Positions 55,819 to 64,000 of a stretch of DNA of 64,000 nt are shown here, one piece after another. The translations under genes were made by a program, and so were the position numbers. The stretch spans positions 263,066,001-263,130,000 of the forward strand of contig OZ024740.1 in the NCBI GenBank assembly GCA_964016885.1. Direction: 5' to 3'. Position 1 is the first letter of the stretch. Each line of letters starts with the position of its first letter. Source of the DNA: Eledone cirrhosa. Its lineage: Eukaryota. Below the pieces are notes generated by a model. The model did no database searches and had not been told where the DNA came from. It worked only from the letters and a program-made list of their open reading frames with translations.

Positions 55819-55850
55819 AGAAACCACCCTTCGGGTGGTTTTCTGCTGGC

Positions 55851-56194
55851 ATGTGTAGTGTGTATATTGATATTATACGCAAGTATATATACATGTAGAT
55901 ATGATACATCAAGTAAAATCGTAATTGACAATATACACAGAAATTGAACGAAGACAGTGTTACACTCTCTTATGTAATTAGTAACGTAATCCATGATACA
56001 TTAAAAAAAGACGATATTATATATCTGCTAGAATGTGTAGTGTGTATATTGATATTATACGCAAGTATATATCAATGTAGATATGATCAAATGAAATCGT
56101 AATTGACAATAATTACAGAAATTGAACGAAGACTGTGTTACACTCTCCTATGTAACCAGTAACGTAATCCATAATACATTAAAACATGACGATA
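55851..56194. repeat. Direct tandem duplication with a period of about 182 bp; the second copy is interrupted by the Helitron
   Basis: ATGTGTAGTGTGTATATTGATATTATACGCAAGTATATAT occurs at 55851 and 56033, and similarity continues to GACGATA. Confidence 0.9.
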
Positions 56195-56972
56195 TCTGTA
56201 TATATATAAAATTGAGTATGTGTGTGTGTGTGTTTGTGTGTGTCTGTGTGTCTGTGTATTACCTTACGACCGATTTTCATGAAACTTTACAGGCTCATAG
56301 ATTAGGCATCGGGGAGGGATTTCTATATATCAGCGTATCGTTTTTTTTAATTCTTGGGTCATTCTGCAGATAAAAATCGATAGGGGTTCACCTTTTTTTA
56401 GATATCGAAAAATAATATTTTTGTTTCTATCTCCCACATTGTGTCACCGATTTCGTTCAAACTTTAAAGGAAAATAGAATTTATCATTGTAAAGGCTGTA
56501 TAATTTTCATGTGTTGTTCCGGGACGGCGTGGCAGCCGCTTACATATTTAAAAATACCTCTTTTAGACTCAACTTTGCACTTTTTCGGCTCTATTTCCCA
56601 CATTAATCAACCTACTTTGTTCACATTTTACACTACGCTAGATCTGATTATTTCACGTCTTAAAGTGGGTTTACATTTTGGATTCTTTTGTTCAGAAGCG
56701 GCGTGGCTGCCGCTTTAATGTTCGAAAATATCACCTTTTCGCTCAAATTCCCGCCTTTTCGGCTCTATCTCCCACATTTTTCAACCAATTTCGTTCAAAT
56801 TCGATACTCACTCCCCCAGCATGCCCCTTCGTCAGTCACTCGCGATTCTCAGTGATAGAGGCCTGTGTGTGGCCATAGATGAGTCACCGAGAAGCAGTCG
56901 TTAAGATCAATACCTTTTCATCAAAGCAGATATTATTTTACCTACCCAGGCAACGCTGGGTACTGCTGCTAG
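56195..56972 (+). mobile_element. Non-autonomous Helitron
   Basis: The 5' end is A|TCTGTATATATATAAAA followed by a (TG)n tract. The 3' end has hairpin TACCCAG-GCAACG-CTGGGTA and then CTAG|T. There is no TSD. Internal repeats CTATCTCCCACATT...CGTTCAAA are present, and the empty site is visible in the adjacent duplicate. Confidence 0.85.
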
Positions 56973-57275
56973 TTATATATAAACTGCATTAGGAGAAAAT
57001 TAGTGACAGAAATATATGAATATTTATTTAAGCGATCGTTAACCGGAAGTGTTGACATTTAAAAATGTTAAAGAAGTAAATCTTTAAATAAGTAATAAAA
57101 TATATTTAATGAACTGCCACGAAATTTAGTAGATAAATTATGTAATATTCATTCATTATTTATTCAAAATAATCCAACTTATTTTACTAAAGGGATAAAC
57201 AAAGTTATAAACCGTACGCAGTCCCGCGTTTCTTACTTTATTATAGTTTAGATTCGAAAAACTCAGATTACATTT

Positions 57276-57740
<465 letters not shown>

Positions 57741-58030
57741 TTTCTGAATTTGTTTAGCAAGATTCTTTATCTGAAATCGTGTGTTGAAACCGATATTGTT
57801 ATACTTTGGGAGGGTCATGTTGCCAATAAGAAACACACGCACCAGTTGCTTTCACTTCAATTTATTATATATTTATAACAACATATATATATATATGTGT
57901 ATAAATATAATCTGAGTTTATATATGGAGTATGCGGGTAATGGTGTATGCGTGTGGTATGTGTATGTGTATGTTTGGTGGGGGAATGAAAGAAAAATGGA
58001 GGATTGAATGAGAGAGAGCGAAAGGCAGAC

Positions 58031-58125
58031 AGAGCATGCGAGTGAGCGAACGAGTAAGACAGGCGGAGAGAGAAGGCGAGAGAGCATGCGAGTGAGCGAA
58101 CGAGTAAGACCGGAGTAGAGAGAAG
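58031..58125. repeat. 50-bp-period tandem duplication in a GA-rich tract
   Basis: AGAGCATGCGAGTGAGCGAACGAGTAAGAC occurs at 58031 and 58081. Confidence 0.9.
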
Positions 58126-58261
58126 GAGAGAGAGCACGAGAGCACGAGAGAAAGAGAGAGAGATATAGATAGAGAGGGGGTGGGGATTTGTGCGAGATAA
58201 AGATAGAGACATATTAGAAATGATAGGTCACAATGATTGACTGTTACTTAATATATTAAGT

Positions 58262-58355
58262 TGGAAATGACGAAAGTTTTGTCTCGTTGGTATTTTAACT
58301 CAGAACCCTGAGACGAAATGTAAAGCGCAAAGACCTCTATCCGACGGCCTAACAA
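58262..58355 (-). mobile_element. Highly degenerate SINE head fragment
   Basis: TTTAACTCAGAAC...GACGAAAT...CCGACGGCCTAAC is a decayed reverse complement of the SINE head at 50076/55620. Confidence 0.45.
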
Positions 58356-60079
58356 CCGTTTTATTTCTCACTGATTATATGAAAAGGAAAATCACGAAAT
58401 ACTTTTCATGTTTGTGATTCGTATTTTACAGTTTTCTCCATTCATATGTGTTATTGATAAGCACCACCGTTTAATTATAAGCTCCTAGCGATCTAACTAG
58501 ATAATTTGGTTTTCATTTTCATTTCCCGCTATTGTTAGATTCACTTAGTAAGGCATGAACGTCATAACACCACGTAACACTTCAGCTCTCTCCATCCTAA
58601 TTTCTGTTGCACGAAATCAATAATCTTATTTCGGAATTGAAGTATCGAATCAATATAACATTAATCAGAATTTGAAACTTGAACTTTCAGGTAAAGGTAT
58701 GTCCGGGAATTTATCAATGAGCCGCCGAGTTTGATATAATGACGTAAAATCTATATCGTGAAATCCCAACCAAACGTTTAGATAGATTTAATAACATCTG
58801 GAAGGCCTGAAAATCAGTGGAACTATCATTAATTCAGATCAAAGAATGTTGCCCAAGTAACCCAAGGCAATGCCGATCGTAACAAGAAGATGCTCTGTGA
58901 TAATGCCGCTTACTACAACTCACTTCCTTACAACAAAGAATAGCTATTCGTCGTCTCTTTTATACTTAAAATGATTTCCTGATTCTGCTTCTCATCATGA
59001 AAAAGTATGAATTGAACACCTGCAGATATTTCTACTATACTGTTCGTTGCGTTGTCACTAAATTGCCAAGCTACAAACTGATATCAATATTATCATGAGT
59101 AGATAGAGTTTGCGATTTGCGTTTTTTTTTCTTCAATGTTGTAGGTTAGAAAGCATATTGAGAGAACCATTTGTATGTATATTACATTATGTCGCATCAA
59201 AATATTTTATATAGATAAAACAACGCTTCCGATTTATATGAGAAGGGAAAATGATAGGAAGTTGAGATGTATATATTTCACAAAGACATTAACAATGGCC
59301 GTTAAAGAGCAATGGTGATAATAGGGATCCAGACTGGGTCTCGGATTATGTTCTCTGAGATTTTGTCTCTACTCTAAAGATAATGAAAGATATTGTAACC
59401 ATTGCTTATTCAACAGAACGTCAAATAAAGTATGTCATAGGCAAATCAGGCTATTGCATATAATTCCTCTTAGGAATATTGATAATGATCAGGATTTGCA
59501 GGTATAAGACCTAACTGAAATGAAATAACTCAATCAAGGTTCAAACTTTACCGATATCTGAAGGGTTGACATGTGCTATCAATCTCAGCAGTATTTAAAA
59601 TCTCAACATAAATATGCAGTGTAAAATACTGTCTGTTTCTTTTACCTTATCTGCCCTCTTCCTCCCTTATCTGCACCGTTAATCACTGTGCACCACCATG
59701 GTGAGTTACATTTAGTTACATGTATTTACGTATTTATATAACATTTTCAATGGAAGAAACTTTACATTTCACCATTCTGGAGTGCATGGCGTAATATTCT
59801 GGAATACACTGAATTCGATGAAATCGTTATATTTCCCCTATGTACAACAGATGGAAACACTCATTAATGTCTGTATTGATAAAGGAAGTATGTATGTATG
59901 GTTCCATAACACCTGATTGATTCATAGGAGCGCCATATTGACATAGGGCGTTACTTGTGCTTGTTTTTAAAACCTGGCGGAGCTCATCACCTCTCCAGTT
60001 TGGAAAGCATCTGATTTCCTCCAGAGACGGAGAGCGTTTGACAGAGAGAATTGAAAAAGAGATATAGCGGAAGATAAAC

Positions 60080-60220
60080 CCCCAGTATTGGACAGGAAAT
60101 TATTTTTATCAATCTGGAAAGAATACAATGCAAAGTTAACCTGGGGAGATTTGAACTTGGAGTGCAGTTAGCCTGAAGGAATAACGCCAAGCATTCTATC
60201 GCATGTTCTAAAGACCTACT
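60080..60220 (-). mobile_element. Degenerate SINE fragment
   Basis: CCCCAGT...TTTTATC...GCAAAGTTAACCTGGGGAGATTTGAACT...AAGCATT is a decayed reverse complement of the Nin/Deu-domain SINE. Confidence 0.55.
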
Positions 60221-60263
60221 CTGGAATATTCTGAAATCAATATGTTGCCACACCTTCTTTAGC

Positions 60264-60546
60264 ATCAACCTGGTGCATTCGGTCACTAACCCAGGCTTCG
60301 CTACCTGTCGCGTCGAAGAGGGTAAACAGTCAAAATACCGACCGCTCTTTGACAGGTTTATGGTTGAGCCTGTGGCAGTGGAGATTTCGGGTGTTTTTGG
60401 CTCCGGGACCACATCCAAACACACTATTCACAGAGCAGAGTTGGCTATCCACAAGAGTGAGACACTTCAGTTGCCGTGACCTCTCCAGCGCGTCTTCCTC
60501 ACCATCTTCCGAGGCAACGTCTTCTCAGCTAGTACCACGAGGCTGA
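60264..60546 (+). mobile_element. 3' relic of a CRE-like RLE-type non-LTR retrotransposon
   Basis: The translation VEEGKQSKYRPL...EPVAVEISGVFG...LQRVFLTIFRGNVFS matches the RLE C-terminal pattern E..K..KY..L....PxAxExxGxxG...QRxSxxxxRGN. It has an internal stop and ATTAAA downstream. Confidence 0.6.
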
Positions 60547-61965
60547 CTAACCATTAAAGAGTGAGCATTTCCTCTTATTGCTATGGACAAATCAAAACAC
60601 TTACACACCCACACACTCACAGAAACACACGCACACACACAAAATCAATTGTACTTTAAAAAGTTGCGGCAATTTGTTGAAGATAATTTTGAATCTTGTC
60701 AGCGTTGACTTCGAATTCGAAGGCCCTTGGCAATAAGATAAAATAAAAAAAATAGCAGTCAATTATTGATATCAATAAGATTGGTCCCTGTTTCATTCCA
60801 AGTATATAGACATTTGACAATATTAGGAGAATGTATTGTCGTTGTACAGTTCAGCCATAAAGCGTTAGAACGTTGGATAGAATGCTTGCGGTATAGTGTT
60901 TCAATTCTCGTTATAGATTAGTGGACTGTGAACTTATCACCTTCAAGGTGAGTAAACTAAGCACTTGTACTATTCTTGAGGAATCACCCATCAAGGGCAT
61001 GCCCATAATAAGATATCTCAAAATCATTAGCGTGGTTGTTTTCTCCCTTATCTTATATTCGATCACTTGTTAGAAATTCAGAATCGAATGAGAATAAGAC
61101 GTAATGAATTTAGCTAATTGTTCCCGCTCTCTCCACTCTGGTGTTCAAGTCTCACCTAAGACTATTTTATCCTTAATTCTCTTTGTGTGGATAATATTAA
61201 GTACCATTCCTTGGCTGTGTCTTGCCGGAATTGTTAGATCGTCGGCTAGATGCTTTGCTGTATTTACTCCAACTGTTTGTGTTTAGGGTTCTTGGATGGT
61301 AGACATAATCAATTGTCCGTTTTAATACTATCATCTTGTGTTTTGGTGTCTTTAGCTAAGTTCACCGAAATTGGCCCTGTGGCAAGCTTTCATTCTTGAT
61401 AACCGTTCTAAAACGAACTCCCTCCCAAACTAGTCTTGAAGGCTCTAAACAAAATAAAGGGTCATTAATGCTGTCCTTTCTTCCCTCACTAAAGTTAAAA
61501 GAAGTTTAAATCTCGCAAGGAATTACTTTGTTCTTCATCTTTTTGAACGTAATGCGAATTAAAAAATAAAAAGAAGGAAAAGACCCAACAGTTACTGAAA
61601 TCGTCATTTAATCCGTTTTATCCATTTGCAAAAAGTGGGTGGTCCTGCCTTAATGAGTGAAACCATTACTGCCGTTAATGGAATGATTTTGATGTTGATG
61701 TTATTGCTTTAGTTCATTTAATGAAACATTTATTGTTTCCTCAACATCCACGAATCGTTTACATGTTCTTTATACATATATATATATTATAATATGATTC
61801 ATTTTTTAAATAATATTTCCCTTACAGCAAAATACAACAGCAACAAAACGTTATGCAACATGTCCCTATATGGAAATGTCATCTAGTTTGTTTTTCGTTT
61901 GGATCGGAAAAATATAATAAATATATAATTTCATCATTATATTATTATGATGACATCATGAGGAA

Positions 61966-62101
<136 letters not shown>

Positions 62102-62603
62102 GCATATAAATATGCAGAGAGAGAGATTTTGTGTGGTGAGGGAAAGCGTGAGCGAGTGAAAGGAAGAGAAAGATAGATAAAGAAAAAGATGCTGTTGCTG
62201 TTGTTGTCGCTGATGATGGTATCTGTTAGAATGGAAAGGATGTTGTTACGACCAAGAAAGAAAATATTTAAATGAAAAATATTAAAGAATTTTATAAACG
62301 AAATGGAAGGAAAATATTTTAAATGTTCATTATAAGTGCATTGCGTGTGTATATATGTGTGAACGTGTAAGTCGTCGAACTTGTCTGTGTGTATATATGT
62401 TTGTGTTTGTGCGTATGTGGGCTTGCATACGTGTATGTGTGTGTTTCTGATTGTGCGTGACTGCGAGCGTGATTAAATTTATTTCCAGTTTGCCTTTTTG
62501 CCTACAATAGACTTCGTCTAACATTGTAACGCTGTTGGTAAGTTTTGAAATTCACCCATACACACGCACAAATACACACTCAAACACATACACTTACACA
62601 CTC

Positions 62604-62650
<47 letters not shown>

Positions 62651-63399
62651 GAACCTATTAGTTCATAAAATTATTAGGAATTCAATTTTCTTCTCCTTCC
62701 TATTATTTCCATTGCTATTTCTTTTTGTATCTTTTATTTTTAGTATAAATTTATAAAATTTAATTTAACAAATTTGAATTAGTCCGATAAGGCTTTGATT
62801 AATGGAAACACGGTCACCAATACAATTTTTATGATTTGTGTTAATCTTTTTACTTTGTTGTTTTGAGTTTTCTTTGTGATTTGTTTTCTTTTTGTATAGA
62901 AAGTAAACAGTAATCTTGTTGTGTGTCTTATATCCTAGGGTATAACTTCAATTATCCAACTGTTCATTGCTTAAGAGTATCCTCTCATGTCATTTGCCCG
63001 ACGGCGAAAGAACATGCAAGAGACCTCACACGAAGACAGAAACTTTTTTTTACTATGAAAAGTAAGCAATAAAAACACCAGAAATAAGAACCACAATAAA
63101 GAACAAGAAAATCAAGAAGAAGTTTAAGAAACTTAAAATACCATGATGATGATGATGATGTGTCTCAAAATTATAGAACAACGCAGAAACAGCAGTTAGA
63201 TTAACTGGAAGAATTTTTTTAAATTGGGTAAAAACAGCCTCTTAAAATAGTGCAACAAGAATAATATTGAGAAAACCAAACAATAAAAAAGCGCAAGAGC
63301 AACAACTATATACTACATTTCCCTTTATTGTTATGTTCCATTCAAATGGTTAATGTAGTTTTACTGAATTTTCCTCGTTATTCTACCCCCACAAATGTT

Positions 63400-63583
63400 A
63401 TACACGCTTACATATATGCGTATATTCACACATATATCATACATACAAATAATATATTCATAATTCATACATATAAATAATATATACATAATTCATACAT
63501 GCATACATACATACATGAATACATACATACATATATACTTAGGCACATTCATACATACATGCATATTACATACATACATACAT
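63400..63583. repeat. Degenerate (CATA)n tract
   Basis: Seen directly. Confidence 0.85.
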
Positions 63584-64000
63584 GATGGCTGGAAACTCTG
63601 CTAAGAGTATTGCAATCGCTTGTAACAGATCCTGAACAAGCAATGCCTGTGCTTTGAATGCTAAATGAGGAAGGGCCTTGCACTCGACCAATCCCACTCT
63701 CTCAGCATAGAAATAACTACCCGAAAAGGAGAACTTGTCAACATCATCAGATGATTCCGAAGCCGTAGGTTTTTTTTTCAGAGTTTCCTTCTCTTAGAAA
63801 GGTGTTGTGACTACAACTGGGGGGCCTTTCACTTCAAGGTGGTAAAACGAAATGTACTATTTGGATGGCCGTTAACTCTGCTGTGTTCCTCCACTCTTTG
63901 CATACATACATACACACATAGAGACAGACATATTTTAGATAAATAACACTAGACTAAATAATTGGCTCGCAGAAAAACAGAAACACAAAATTAATGCATA

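Noticed and set aside
55814-55849. Rho-independent terminator
   Set aside because: The context is eukaryotic with no upstream gene, and the T run is part of the stem.

Overview
This is eukaryotic, animal-type genomic DNA. The SINE families and dense (TA)n/(CA)n/(TCTA)n/(CATA)n microsatellites look like an octopod cephalopod, which is an inference from recognised repeats, not a database result. Bases 1-42141 are one tandem array, open at the left edge, of a 12-bp unit GTAACAACA(A/C/T)CA with nested higher-order duplications of 0.74-15.5 kb. On the + strand the unit reads V-T-T-(T/P/S), a mucin-like PTS repeat. The ORF track misses this frame because it has no start codon. The array ends in a unique tail TPTRTL-TAG (42161) followed by AATAAA and ATTAAA. 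I count nine -1 frameshifts in the Thr frame, five of them the same amplified lesion, plus two point stops. It is therefore either a disabled or hyper-expanded mucin exon or a satellite that resembles one. Bases 42162-64000 are transposon-rich: a 5'-truncated Tx1-clade LINE in (TCTA)n, an RTE-type endonuclease relic, an R4/Dong-like RT+RLE element in (CATA)n, a CRE-like relic, tRNA-derived SINEs, a non-autonomous Helitron with an adjacent empty-site copy, four inverted-repeat structures and a Penelope-type hammerhead-like motif. There are also possible decayed minus-strand exons. No intact host gene, rRNA, tRNA or CRISPR array is supported.
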